Part shown: piece by piece, positions 14,191 through 31,284 of the stretch | Position numbering within the stretch: the stretch's first letter is position 1 | Layout of the letters: each line of letters starts with the position of its first letter | From: the human T2T-CHM13v2.0 reference genome, Homo sapiens | Length of the DNA stretch: 64,000 nucleotides | Assembly: GCF_009914755.1 (NCBI RefSeq) | Contig: NC_060925.1 | Direction: 5' to 3' (one strand) | Position numbers and translations under genes: made by a program | Notes under the pieces: model-generated | What the model was told of the DNA's origin: nothing | Database searches by the model: none | The model's input: only the letters and a program-made list of their open reading frames with translations

Positions 14191-15134
14191 TATATATCAG
14201 AGAGGAAATATTTGGAGAACAACCAAAACCTGTGGGAGAATATATGCCTTTATTACATTCTGATAAAAAAGAATGGGTAGGTTCTGATGATTTTAGTTAA
14301 TGGTCTGCAGCCTAATGCAATGAGATGTCTTGCAGTTGCCCTCCATATAACAGGACATAAGAGCACATAACGATGTAGATTTCTACATTATGTGCTTAAA
14401 TAAAAATTATTTTCAGGAGAAATAATAGTCCTGGTTTCCCCATTTGCCTAATGAATGAAACTTCAAAGATATTGCTAAATATGAACACCTTAAGAAAGAG
14501 ATTGCCATGTTTTATATTACGGTTATGTATTACCTTTGCTTTACACTATGTCTAGGGAACAAACTGAAACATTTGTTATGTTCATTTTTTACTTTATAGT
14601 CTTCAAGATAGAAAATAAGCTGTCTCTGAAGAGGTGCAAGTGGGATGCTCCCAGGCATTTCTTGTAAGTTGTAATACCACATTGCCTGAAATGATAGTGA
14701 TATATTCTTTATGTAACTTTACAAACTTGCAGGTTTTGTTTATTAAAGAGTACAAAAGAATTGAATAACACAGATTTTTGATGGGATAATGTTGCCCTGG
14801 ATAATGTGAAAGCAATCATTTGTGTAATTCATTTCTTTGTAGCAGAATCAGAAAATTGTTCTTTTATTCTGGATTGTTCTGAATTTTACTCCAGCTGGAA
14901 GCATTTTTTTTTTTCATTTAAGCAAAATAAAAGAATGAGACAATGTGATTAATCCAGAAATTATTTTACACCCAAGATTTTCTGACTTTTGTTTCCTTTC
15001 TAAAACTTTTTAGCTTGTCTTTGAGATGACAAAGGTTATCCCAATATCTTGCAGAAAATGAAATAAAGCAAAATATTCTACCATATAAAATACATGTAAA
15101 AGAGTAACTCCATGATGTATGTGCAAAGCCATCT

Positions 15135-15523
15135 ATCTGTCATCTCTTTTGTGTTGCTATAAGAGAATCCTGAGACTGGATAACTTATAAACAATAAAAA
15201 TTTATTTGGCTCATGGTTCTGGAGTCTAGGAAGTCCAAGAGCATGGCACCAGCATCTGGTTAGGGGCCTTGTGTCGCATTATCCCACAGCGGAAGACAGA
15301 AAGGCAAGAGAGTGTGACAGCAAGAGATAGCTGAAATTGTTTTTGTAACAACCCACTCTTGTGATAATGAACTTACTCCCACAATAATGACATGAATCCA
15401 TTCATGAGAGCATAACCCTCGTGACTTAATCACCTCTTATTAGGCCCCACCTCCAAACACTTCTGCATTGGGTATTAAGTATTCAACACATGAACTTGGG
15501 GGACACATTCACAGAACAGCAGC
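15135..15523 (-). mobile_element. MaLR solo LTR (MSTD/MLT1A-like)
   Basis: TTTATTTGGCTCATGGTTCTGGAG...AATCCATTCATGAGAG...GGGGACACATTCA. Confidence 0.85.
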
Positions 15524-15859
15524 ACCTAAATGAGGCAAAAGGTAAACAAGGCACAGAGTATCTTCATTCAATCTGTTATGGCTTGACTGCCATTTCATTT
15601 GATCTGTATATAATCATCTATTATTTGCTCAATGCTGACATCTCTTAAGCACCTACCTCTCCTGTGTCTAGCATGAAGGAATCTAAACATACCTCAAATT
15701 TCATCTATGCTGAAATCTCTTTTGAACTATTCATTCTTGTAGGAAAATAACCAGGTGCCTATTGTCATTGTTTCTTTACTTCAACTTCTCCAAATCACTA
15801 ACTGAAAAAGCTTTAATTTAACACAATTCTGTGGCATTCACCGTTCTAGACAGTTGGGA

Positions 15860-16525
15860 TAGATTTGTGAGCAAATATTCCTCTCTCTAGGAGCCTACAC
15901 ACTACTGAGAGGGAGCAGATGATAAGCAATACTTTAATAATTAAGTAAATTATATATGTTAGAGGTAAAAAAAAAAGTGCTATTAAGGAAAAGAAAAAAT
16001 AAGAGCAGCTTAAGGAGAAACGGTGAATGAGACAGTTTACGGAAAAAGAGTGGTCACAAAGCATGATTTGGACCCAAACTTGAAAGAAGTGAAGAAGTTT
16101 GTCAGATTATTTGAAGGAGAAGGAATAGCCAGTTCAAATCAGAAAGTATGCCTGCTGAGTTTGAGGAATAGCAACAACGATAGAAAAAATTAAGCAAGAA
16201 GAAGCATTGTAGAAGGTGAAGTCAGAGAGGCTATTGTAAAGATTCACTCAGAGTGAAATGGGGATATATACAGGGTTTTGAACAGAGGAGTGACATGAAT
16301 TTACTTTTTAAAAATGCTTACGCTAGCTTACAGGCTGAGGATAGACTCTGGGAAGGCAAGGTGGAAGAAGAAAGTCTAATTAATCTAAGAGAGATGGTGC
16401 TGAGTAGTTGGGATCTAAATGTATTTGAAGGATTACTGAGAGATTGGATGGAGCTATGTTAGAAACAGAGAAGACAAGGGTGACTTCAAGGATTGGCCTG
16501 TACAACTGCAAAGATGGAGTTACTT
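15860..16525 (-). mobile_element. L2 fragment
   Basis: GTTTGAGGAATAGCAA and GGGTTTTGAACAGAGGAGTGACATG antisense L2 motifs. Confidence 0.7.
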
Positions 16526-17486
16526 TTATACAAGTTGGAGTTTATTGCCTTGCAGAGTCTAAACTCCAGTATTTTGTTTTGAACACTTTTGTTAGCTCTT
16601 ATACTTCATTAATCTTCCTATGTCTCTTACCTTTCAAAGTACTTTGTTCTTTGACCTCTTTCCACCTAGATTTACCATTATCTCTGCCCTAGCTGGCTTT
16701 CCTTTCCTAACATACGCGTCCATAATTCCACATTCATGAAACTGCAAACTATAAATGTAGTTAAGAATCCACCCTCAGAATATTTTACATCGACTGCTGT
16801 GGACTGCCAAAAAAAAAGGCAGAATCATGCACACTGGAGTGACTACAAATTTATATTTTTCAATTTTATTTGGACTATTGCCAACACTTTTTTCCCCTGC
16901 CACTTTAAGAAACTCATATTCCCCTCAACTTTTAAATTGTCATTATATTCCCTTTCATCTACTGCACAAAGATGATAGAGGCTGTCAGAAGTTAATGATC
17001 TCATTTACATTCACATAGACATATGCACAAGTACATCTGCACCCAAGGAAACGATTGTTTCTTTTACTCAAATCTAACCACTCCACCTGTGATTCAGATC
17101 CTCTTCACTCAGCACTTTGCTCCAGAGATTATACACACTCCCCTCTATCTCACAGTTCTCCCTTTATAATGATTTTTTATTTAGTCTAAGGATATCCAAA
17201 TCTTTCTTCTGAAAAAAAGGACAAACTTCCCCCTCTAGATCCTACCCTAGCATTCTGTCTTCAAAACTAGCTTTATTTATAGAACAGTTTATATTTGCTC
17301 TCTCTCCTTAAACTTCAAATCCCAACTAAATTAATTGCAATTTCAGTTTGACCTCATTACCTGACAGAAAGAGCTTAGTAATGTCATCTCTAATCTAAAA
17401 GAGCATCTATTTTTACAGTGCTAGAATGTGACACTCTTAACTATCTTGTTACTGAGATTTTTGTTTTGTTTCCTTGATATATAACT

Positions 17487-17662
17487 ATCTTAATCATATA
17501 TTTTATTTTCTGTATTCTGATGCTTTAATATCTGGAGCCTTGCTGACCCTGTAGGGAAGTGTCTCTCCAAGGGTTAGTCAATTCCTAGAGATATTAAACA
17601 ACTAGTATACCTTTAAAATGCAAAAACAACCAACCCAGTGCTCATACCTCCAAACACCTCTT
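17487..17662 (+). mobile_element. ERVL-class LTR fragment (MER74-like)
   Basis: TTTTCTGTATTCTGATGCT...GCCTTGCTGACCCTG...CAATTCCTAGAGATA...CAACCAACCCAG. Confidence 0.55.
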
Positions 17663-17795
17663 TTTTCATTGTTGTTGTTCATTCGTTCATTCATTCATTT
17701 ATTACTTTTACTTTGCTTACTTTCAAAATGTGGTTTGAGACAATGTACTGTACCATAATTTTTTAAAACCACTAAAATAAATAAACAGGAATATG

Positions 17796-19197
17796 AAACT
17801 ACTTCAAATTTCATATGGAACCAAAAAAGAGCCCACATTGCCAAGACAATCCTAAGCAAAAAGAACAAAGCTGGAGGCATCATGCTACCTGACTTCAAAC
17901 TATACTGTAAGGCTACAGTAACCAAAACAGCATGGTACTGGTACCAAAACAGATATACAGACCAATGGAACAGAAAAGAGCCTCAGAAATAATGCCACAC
18001 ATCTGCAACCATCTGATCTTTGAGAAACCTGACAAAAACAAGCAGTGGGGATATGATTCCCTATTGAATAAATGGTGTTGGGAAAACTGGCCAGCCATAT
18101 GCAGAAAACTGAAACTGGACCCCTTCCTTATATTTTATACAAAAACTAACTCAAGATGTTGAAAATTAAACAAGATGGATTAAAGACTTAAATGTAAGAC
18201 CTAAAACCATGAAAACCCTAGAAGAAAACCTAGACAGTACCATTCAGGACATAGGCATGGGTAAAGACTTCATGACTAAAACACCAAAAGCAATGGTACA
18301 ACAAAAGCCAAAATTGACAAATGGGATCTAATTAAACTAAAGAGCTTCTGCACAGCAAAAGAAACTATCATCAGAGAAAACAGGCAATCTACAGAATGGG
18401 AGAAAAATTTTGCAATCTATCCATCTGACACAGGGCTAATATCCAGAATCTACAAAGAACTTCAGAAAAATTTACAAGAGATACCATCTCATGCCAGTTA
18501 GAATGGCAATCATTAAAAAGTCAGGAAACAACAGATGCTGGAGAGGATGTGAAGAAGTAGGAATGCTTTTACACTGTTGGTGGGACTGTAAATTAGTTCA
18601 ACCATTGTGGAAGGCAGTGTGGAAATTCCTCAAGGATCCAGAACCAGAAATACCATTTGACCCTGCAATCCCATTACTGAGTATATTCCCAAAGGATTAT
18701 AAATCATTCTATTATAAAGACACATGCACATGTATGTTTATTGCAGCACTGTTCACAGTAGCAAAGACTTGGAACTAACCCAAATGCCCATCAGTGATAG
18801 ACTGGGTAAAGAAAATGTAGCACACATACACCATGGAATACTATGCAGCCATAAAAAGGATGGGTTTGTGTCCTTTGCAGGGACATGGATGAAGCTGGAA
18901 ACCATCATTCTCAGCAAACTAACACAGGAACAGAAAACCAAACACTGCATGTTCTCACTCATAAGTGGGAGCTGAACAATGAGAACACATGGACACAGGG
19001 AGGGGAACATCACACACCGGTGCCTGTCAGAGGGTGGGGTCAAGGGGAGCGATAGCATTAGGAGAAATACCTAATGTAGATGATGGGTTGATGGGTGCAG
19101 CAAACCACCATGGCACGTGTATACCTATGTAACAAACCTGCACGTTCTGCACATGTATCCCAGAACTTAAAGTATAATAATAATAATAATAAAATAA
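17796..19197 (+). mobile_element. 5'-truncated L1PA (approx. L1PA7), 1.4 kb
   Basis: ORF2 C-terminal remnants ([22 protein letters not shown]), 3' UTR and (TAA)n tail. TSD core AGGAATAT at 17787-17794 and 19198-19205. Confidence 0.95.
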
Positions 19198-19342
19198 AGG
19201 AATATAAGCCAAGCAGTGAAAGACACTGAGTAATTATTCCAGGAAACTCAGGATGAGGGAAATGTCTCAGGGCCTGATACTGTATTTTTAAAACAATTTC
19301 CAAAATAATTCATGTGATCATGCAGGTTTGAAAATGAAATAA

Positions 19343-19589
19343 GGCCGGGCGCGGTGGCTCATGCCTGTCTTCCCAGCACTTTGGGAATCCGAAGTGGGCG
19401 GATCACTTGAGGTCAGGAGTTCAATACTAGCCTCACCATCATGGCAAAACCCCATCTCTACTAAAAATTTAAAAATTAGCCAGTCATGGTGGCATGTGAC
19501 TGTAATCCCAGCTATTCAGGAGGCTGAGGCACAGAATCTCTTGAACCCGGAAGGCGGAAGTTGCAGTGAGCTGAGCAACAAAGCGAGAA
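19343..19589 (+). mobile_element. AluS with deletion near the 3' end, followed by a purine-rich tail
   Basis: GGCCGGGCGCGGTGGCTCA start; GAGCTGAG joined to CAACAAAGCGAG; (GAAG/GGGC)n tail to 19641. Confidence 0.88.
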
Positions 19590-19959
19590 GAAAGAAAGGG
19601 AGGGAAGGAAGGAAGGAGGGCGGGCGGGCGGGCAGGAAGGAGTCCTGCAATCTTTTCAACTCATTTTTGAGCATCCTCCACCCTCAAACTCCAAATTATT
19701 GAAATACTTTAATTGGTTAAAATGTTCACTTGACTCTGAACACTGCGCATGGATCCTCTCTGTTCTTCCAGTGCTCCTTTCTTAACCCTTTAAAACATAA
19801 TATTAATATCATTGTATTTTCTGTTAAGAAGAGATGAATGTTCTCCCACACTATCCTATGCAGCAGGATTCATTGTTCCTTTCTTCTGTGAACCCACAGC
19901 TCCTTAAATTTAATTCCATTTTAATTCCATATACATTGATTTTTTTTAAATAGTTGAGT

Positions 19960-20125
19960 TTTTATTGTGGTAAAACATATAGAACATAAAATTTACCATT
20001 TTAACCATTTTTAAATGTACAGTTCAGTAGTGTTACATATATTCACATTGTTGTGTGTGTGTTGAAAACACACAATCCAGGGTTGTTTTCATCTTGCAAA
20101 ATGGAAAATATGTACCCATTAAATA
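19960..20125 (-). mobile_element. L1MA/MB 3' end fragment
   Basis: TTTTATTGTGGTAAAA...AACATAAAATTTACCATTTTAACCATTTTTAA. Confidence 0.75.
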
Positions 20126-20224
20126 ATTGTTTTGTTGCCTTCTCATTTAATAGTGACAACACTGCCACTTTAGCAATTCTTAAAATATATGGTTGTTTTT
20201 ATATATTTATACCAAAACTTATTT

Positions 20225-21138
20225 TCGATTTAAAAAATTGTGGTAAAATGTACATAATTTGCTACCTGCACCATTTTAAGACATAGAGTTCAGTGGTATT
20301 AGCTACACTCAGGTTGTTGTGTAAACATCACCACTATCCATTTCCAGAATTCTTCTCATCTTACAAAACTAAAACTCTATACTCATTTAACAACTCTTTA
20401 CTTTTCCCTCCCCGTCTCCCAGCAATTATCACTCTACTTTTCTTACTTCTATGAATTTGACTGTGCTAAGTACTTTATATAAGTGGAATCATGCAGTGTT
20501 TTTTTTTTTTTTAGAGTTGGCTTATTTCACTTAGAATAATGTCTCCAAGGTTCATCTATGTTATAGTATATGTCAGAATTTCCTCTTTATTTAAGGTTGG
20601 ATAATATTTTAGTGTATGTATATACCACATTTTGTTTGTCCATTCTGTTAGTGAATATCTTGATTGCTTCTACTTTTTGGTTATAGTAACAATGCTGCTA
20701 TAAACATGGGTATATAAATATCTGTTTGAGTCCCTGCTACCACTTCTTTTTGGTATATAACCAGAAATTGAATTGCTGGATATATGATTAATATGGTAAT
20801 TTATGTTTAATTTTATGAGGAATTGCTTTACCATTTTCTACAGTGGCTTCCCACTTTGCATCCCACAAGCAATGCACAAGGGTTCTAACTTCTTCATGTT
20901 CTCATGGTATTAGGCAGGATTCTCCAGAGAAACAAAACTGATAGAATGTATGTGTGTCAGAACTGATAGAATGTACGTGTGTATATATACATGTATATAT
21001 GTATTTGTACATATACATGTATATATATTTATATATACACACAGATACTCAACACACACAAAACTCAATTATTTTTTAAAAACAATATACACACATAAAT
21101 ATATATACACACACATACATACATGTGTATCTAAATAA

Positions 21139-21171
<33 letters not shown>

Positions 21172-21635
21172 AGAGAGCGAGTGAGCAAGAGAGAGAAAGA
21201 GAGATTTTAAGAAATTGTCTCATACAATAGTGGAAGTTAGCAAGTTCAAAATCTGCAAGATAGTAGGCTGAAAGGATGAAGAGCCAGGGAAGAGTTAATG
21301 CTGTAGTTTCACTTCAAAGACAGAATTTCTTCTTCCTCTGGAGAGTTCAGTCTTTTTCTATTATAGTCTTTATGTGATTGGGTGAGGCCAACTCATACTG
21401 TGGAAGACAATCTGCTTTATTCAAAGTCTGCCGATTTAGCCTTTGAGCATCTAAAAAATACCTTCACAAAAACAACTAGAATAGTGTTTGACCAAGTGTC
21501 TGTGTACTGTGGCCTGGCCAATTTGACATGTAAAATTAATTATCACACTTACTATCATCTGTTGTCACTATTCTTTCCCTTTTTTGATAATAGCCATTAT
21601 TATGGGTATACGATGTTATCTCATTGTTTTCACAT
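20225..21635 (-). mobile_element. L1MB 3' region interrupted by an MLT2 LTR
   Basis: Antisense L1MB 3' UTR 20225-20905, resuming at 21549. Confidence 0.8.
20905..21548 (-). mobile_element. MLT2 (ERVL) solo LTR with internal (TA/CA/GA)n expansion
   Basis: GTATTAGGCAGGATTCTCCAGAGAAACA...TTGACATGTAAAATTAATTATCACA. Confidence 0.85.
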
Positions 21636-22059
21636 TTCTCGCCTTTAGTAAGTTTTACAACCAAAATCTCCTGTTCAGAGTAAACCAAAACCAAGTTTGT
21701 AACTCTTTTCCCAACCATTCTCACCCTAATTTTTATGTCTGCAGACTTTTTTTTCTATAGTTGTAGCTCTAGAGACCTATTTGGTCATATATTGGGGTCT
21801 ATATGCCACTTGGCAGTAAGCAGGACAAACTCTGTTACTGGAAGCTAACACAGTCAACACTGTGCAGATTTAACTTGAAAGCTATTGTACTATGATCTGT
21901 CATAGGCATTTTGGAAGTTATCATTGAAAATATACAAATTTCTAACATAAGATTCTTCCCTTGATAGTAGTCCTTTAAAATTACATATAATTTAGACAAT
22001 TAATTGTGAACCAGAAATATGCAGATTAAAATGACTCTGGACATCAAGAAAGCAGTTTC

Positions 22060-22545
22060 TCTCCATCCTAGTCAACATTTGTTGTTGTTTTTTTTAATAA
22101 TAGCAGTCTAATGCGTGTGACGTGATATCTCATTTTGATATGATTTTGATTTGCGTTTCTCTAATGACCAGTATGTTAGACATCGTTTCATGTGCTTATT
22201 GATTATCTGTATACCTTGTGAAAAATGCCTATTCAAATCTTTTACCTATATTTTAATCAGGTTTATGTCATTGTCATTATTGTTGAATTGTAGTTCTTTT
22301 TATATTCTGGATTGAATCCCTTAACAAATATATGATTTGCAAAATTTTCTCCCATTCCCTGCTTTTTCTCTATATTAATAGTCTCTTTTGATGCACAAGT
22401 TTTTGAAGTAGTGCAATTATCTATTTTTTCTTTTGTTAGTATTATATCCAAAAAAAATTGCTAACGCCAATGTCATAATTTTTCCCCTATTTTTCTTCAA
22501 AATGTGTTATAGTTTTAGCTCTTATGTTTAGGTCTTTGATCCAAA
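22060..22545 (-). mobile_element. L1M ORF2 3' fragment
   Basis: GATATCTCATT...TTTGATTTGCGTTTCTCTAATG...ATTTGCAAAATTTTCTCCCATTC...TTTAGGTCTTTGATCCA. Confidence 0.8.
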
Positions 22546-22724
22546 CACATCAATTTTGGTTATTTACTTACAAATCTGTTTTCCATACTACACTTCTAGG
22601 GACAGCAGCAAAGGGGGATAATCTTTATTTACTATTCCCCAGGTTTGAAAAGCTATGCCTGAAATTTTATAAATTCATCATAAATGTCTGATGACTAAAA
22701 AATAAATGATTAATAAAAATGAAA

Positions 22725-22885
22725 ATACTAACATCTTTCTATCTCAGGCATTATTCTAAGCATTTTAGATGCGTATAATTCATTTTATGCTTAAAAATAA
22801 CTATTAGTGAAGAAACTAAAGCACTCACATGTTAAATTTCTTGGCCAAGATTTCATCGATAGTAAGTGACAAACTTTGGAATTCA
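22725..22885 (-). mobile_element. MIR SINE
   Basis: Antisense core GAAGAAACTAAAGCAC...GTTAAATTTCTTGGCCAAG...AGTAAGTGAC. Confidence 0.6.
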
Positions 22886-22968
22886 TGTGCATATACGTAT
22901 ATTAAATGATGAAGCAGTTTAGAACAGTGCAATCTGCTAGATGGCAAACTGAAGCAAACAGAGCATAG

Positions 22969-23150
22969 CAGAGGTTTTCAAATTTGGCTTCGCATCAGAA
23001 TTGCTTGGAAGAGCTTTAAAAAATATAGATTCTTGGACCACACTCCAGACATACTGAGATACTGAGAAGTTGTATTTTAAAAATCATCTTTGGTGATTTT
23101 TATGCAGTCAGCCTGGTATCTGCCTAAGCAAAATTGTTTCAAAATCACTG
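22969..23150. mobile_element. MER5-like hAT-Charlie MITE
   Basis: CAGAGGTTTTCAAA...GCATCAGAAT...TTTCAAAATCACTG terminal inverted repeats. Confidence 0.6.
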
Positions 23151-25384
23151 AACACTATCAGAACACGACAATTTCTCATTTTTTTTTACAGGAAATGATC
23201 AGAAAGCACTGGAAATATACCCTTGCTGCTGTTATCAGCTATTCAACTGTCTTCTTCCAGTGAGAATTGAAATTCTTTGAATATAGAAAAAATATCTGGG
23301 AATTCATAGGGCTCGGTTTGCTGGAATAGAATGGGGAGCATTAGTACTGTTAGGAGATAAAAGAAGTGTATTTAAAAAGGCAGAGCCCAAACTTGTGTAA
23401 TGGTAACTGAAGTAGGTGAGTGTATAAATCAATCTGCACAAATCATATAGAAAGAAAATAAAAAAAGAGCTTGAAGATACTCTACTCCAATTCACTCATT
23501 TATAAAACAACCTATGAACAGTAGCCAAACTTTAAGTGAACAAAATAACAATTTGAGACAATCAATTAATGACTAAAGAATGAATCAACCCTGAAGATGT
23601 GTAAAGTATCAATTATGTGGTGACAGAAAGGGAATCCTATCAAACACAATTTGCCCTATAGAGCCTAGAAAAACATTTCAAAATGTTGGAGAACGTGAAG
23701 CCTCATGTTCACTTATGTGTGAAGACACGTGTAACTGCAACAGAACCTCCCTCTCTTCACAGCCTGAATGTGAAGTGGGCCCGATTAAGAATCAGAACCT
23801 AGTATACAGTATTATTAGTATTATTAGAAATAATTGCATATGTAGCCCCTATGTCTCGGCAATATGTACTCTGAAGTGCCTCATTTAAGAGCCAGGAATG
23901 AAGAATCTGGACTTACATATATACAAATGTGAATCACTATCTATTGCTTAGAATATCTGAAGTATGTGATAGTCAGAAAACAATTTATCACCTTATATGG
24001 CTTTGGATTGGACTACTTCTGAAAATTAATGTTTTACATTGAGAAAGTATGGTCTTTGTAGAAGAGAGATGTAAAACTCAACAATTTCAGTTTAAGCAAC
24101 TGATATGTGTGTGCACGTACAGTGTCAATGTGTGTGTGAACCCACAGTAGAGGGAAAGATTCAAAGAGTCCAATCAGAGAAATTGGGAGAGTGTGAGGGT
24201 GAAAATGTCTGAAATCATGCTAGGGGAGAGAGTCAACCGAGTGCTGCCCTAGAATATTTTGTGGGACTGATGATGCCACAGGGGACTGTTAATGGTACTG
24301 TTAAAACCTGCTGTTATTTTCCAGCTGTTCCAGATGTCAGGAGTATATTCTAGGAGGAGAACATGTGATACAGAGTTGGGATGGGAGACTTTTTTCCCAA
24401 AATGTGAGTGAAGGTTTGAATATTAGAAGAAAATATTCCCTTCATACTGGAAGGGAGATAAGATCTGAAAATAAGAAGTCAGGTTAGGAACAGGGAAGAG
24501 ATCATGGAGAACCCACTAGTGAGAAATTTAATATTTTACGTGCTTCTCTGACTATGGGAAAAGCAGTATCATGCATCTTTAAGTTTCTTGCCTCATGTGT
24601 TGTGATATATTTTATTTCATCTGTGTGTCTTGTATAAACACAGTATGTAATTCAGTGACACATTTTTACTTGGTTATGCAAACAACTTTAGTTCATAAAC
24701 AAGAAAAAACTTCTAGCATAGTTATTTTACATTCTGATCTCAATACCCATCAAAGATATGTAAGCAAGTCTCTGAAATTGGGTATCATTTTATTTTCCAC
24801 ATTATTATAATATGTTATCTTATTAAAATTACTATATTTACTAGAATGCATGTGGTATATTTTTCACGGGATGAATTAATGATATAAAGATGGTATTGAT
24901 ATAGACAAGGTTGTTTCCTACTCACTCTTATAACAACAGGATATTTTATCATCCACAAATACTGATGCAGAGATGCTAAGTCCCTATATCCCAGGAACAA
25001 TTCCACTCTTCATTTAACTTATAAAAGAGAAGAAGGTTTTTACTAGGAAAAACCTATAATCTACCCACTTACTTTCCTATTTCTCTTCCAATTCACCTTT
25101 AATCATTTTAGTCTGTTTCTGAGACAATAAATATATAACTCTGCCTTAAAACAGGAATTGATGAGGGAACAATTCACCCAAACTGATTTGCTTTGGCATA
25201 TTTTGTCTGTCTCGGAATCTAATACGCATCTGCTATCATTTTCATGAAAATGCTTCTGATCAGTAATCAACCATTTTTATTAGTAAGTTAATACCTCTCC
25301 TAATGATTTTACATTTTAATGAAAATGTAAATGCTAGGTGTAATGCTAGACATATGAATTTGTGTGCCTACTGTAGCTACCAAG

Positions 25385-25494
25385 TTTTTTTTTTTAAAAA
25401 AAAAAGTGGAAATGCATTTATTTGTTTTGAATTGTATTGATTTTTCCAGAATACGTGATAAAGTGCACAAGTCTTATGTATATAGCCCCATGAA
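25385..25494 (-). other. L1 3'-transduced segment with its own poly(A) signal and tail
   Basis: Lies between the L1 tail and the distal TSD copy (CCAAGTTTTYTT 25380-25391 / 28760-28771). AATAAA on minus strand at 25417-25422. Confidence 0.8.
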
Positions 25495-28791
<3,297 letters not shown>

Positions 28792-29009
28792 TTAAAACTT
28801 CAGACACAATATTATACCTTCTCATTTTTCTAAGGAAACCAATAATCCATATATCTCTTTAACTCTATATTGTCCAGTTCCAAGTGGCATGCTGTATTTT
28901 AACTGATAACAATCTTCCTCCACCAGTCGGAGAAAATGTTTTGAATTGGGTGAGAAGCCAAGGAATATGTCTCAATCCTCATCATAAAGGGGTCCAGAGC
29001 ACTGTGTGA

Positions 29010-30235
29010 CACTATTCACCGCATCCTCCCTATTGAAACTCTGACTTCATTTGGCTTCTACTTTTCAAGCTGTCTGGCCCCGCCTCAGGCACCATTGGTT
29101 CACCCTTCCCCACCCATTAATTAGCCATTAAAAGCTAAGATTCTGTGGGGCTTAGTATCAGACTAATTTCTCCTCTCTGCTCTCCCTCTCTATAGGTCAT
29201 TGCATTCAAACCAGTGATTCACTACCCTCTGCATACCAATAACTAGCAAATTTATGTAGTTTTCAAAATCTTTTTTGTTGAGTTCAGACTCATATAGACA
29301 TTTCCATTTAGATACCTTATAAAGATCCTTACTTTCAACAGGTCCCAAACTGTTCTCCTAATATCCATCTCATCCTTTCCTATCTCAAACCTGGTCATTT
29401 TCCTTTGTTTCATGTCCTAGGAAATGGCATCACCAAACTTCTGGATGCACAAGCCAGAAATCTTGTCTTCCTATCAACTCTTGTATTGAGATCCAGTGCC
29501 AAATCTTTTATTACCATCTTAACATCTCTTGAATTCTAACAGTACTAATGTAGAATTAGTAATCCCTGTACAAATTGCAATCAAGGGAGCAACCACCTTT
29601 GCCTTCTCCAAATACCTTCCTTGCCAAAGCAGCTCTCTGTACTGTATTCATAGTCATATTTTCAAAATGAGGAACTTACCATTTGCAATACACCCCATCC
29701 CCAAACCACTGTCAAACCTTACCCAACTTAAAACTCTCTCTGATTACCCTATTGCTTTTAATTTACAGACCAAACAATTTCATAAGAACCACTTGTTCAC
29801 ATGTAATTCTGCCCATTCTTCGGGCTTCTTTCAATAACTGGTTCTCTGAGCATCCGTCACATGGGTCTCTCTCCACTTCCTCAGACAGGCCATGTTTCTT
29901 CCCATCACAGCTCTGAATGTGGATTACCTCTCTCTGAAATGACCTCCAATGTCATCAACCCTCTTTGCCCAGTTGATCCCTACTCACCAGACAAATCTCA
30001 GCTCAATGGCTGTCCAGAACTTTCTAGACACTCAGATTAAGACAGATTCCTATACTCTATGACCTCATAAAATTGTGTTTCTTTTCTTTAGGACATTTAA
30101 CCTTCATATTTAAGTATATCTTTTCTGTCTTACTTAGGTTTCCTTCCTGCTGTGAAGTCATTCTGAGATTAGCCTGCATTAGTGTAGACCAGATTTTAAT
30201 CTTTACTCACAAAGGATATGCACTAATAAATGCTT
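29010..30235 (+). mobile_element. L2 (L2b/c) long fragment
   Basis: Degenerate L2 3' region (TTCAACAGGTCCCAAACTG, GGAAATGGCATCACC, CAAGCCAGAAATCT), ending GCACTAATAAATG. Confidence 0.7.
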
Positions 30236-30252
30236 TATATATATATATATAT

Positions 30253-30352
30253 ATTTTTATTATACTTTTAAGTTCTAGGGTACATGTGCACAACGTGCAG
30301 GTTTGTTACATATGTATACATGTGCCATGTTGGTGTGCTGCACCCATTAACT
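30253..30352 (-). mobile_element. Very short L1PA (PA4/5-like) 3' terminus
   Basis: TATACTTTTAAGTTCTAGGGTACATGTGCACAACGTGCAGG...CACCCATTAACT. Confidence 0.9.
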
Positions 30353-30611
30353 TTTAATATAATATTTGCCGTGCATATAATTATCTATTTATCTTTTCTT
30401 TTCTCTTCCCCTCCCCCCTTTTTTAGGTGCTCTACTGTTTTGTTTTTGACAGTGGTTTATTGTTTTTATTGCCAGCTTTTCTTGGTTCATTTCTTAATGC
30501 TGAAAGTCTTACCTCACCTTTGTGGTGTTGATCTCAGTGAAAGGTTGACATTCACTTAAGGTTTGTTTCAAAACATTTTGGCCTATTTTAAATTTAATGC
30601 CATCTTTATAC

Positions 30612-31284
<673 letters not shown>

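Noticed and set aside
23650-24620. Purine-rich stretch possibly an ancient LTR or exon
   Set aside because: I recognise no family and see no ORF or splice support; needs a Dfam search.
25385-25405. T11A10 palindrome as a terminator or hairpin
   Set aside because: It is explained by the transduction poly(A) tail abutting a T-run of the transduced sequence.
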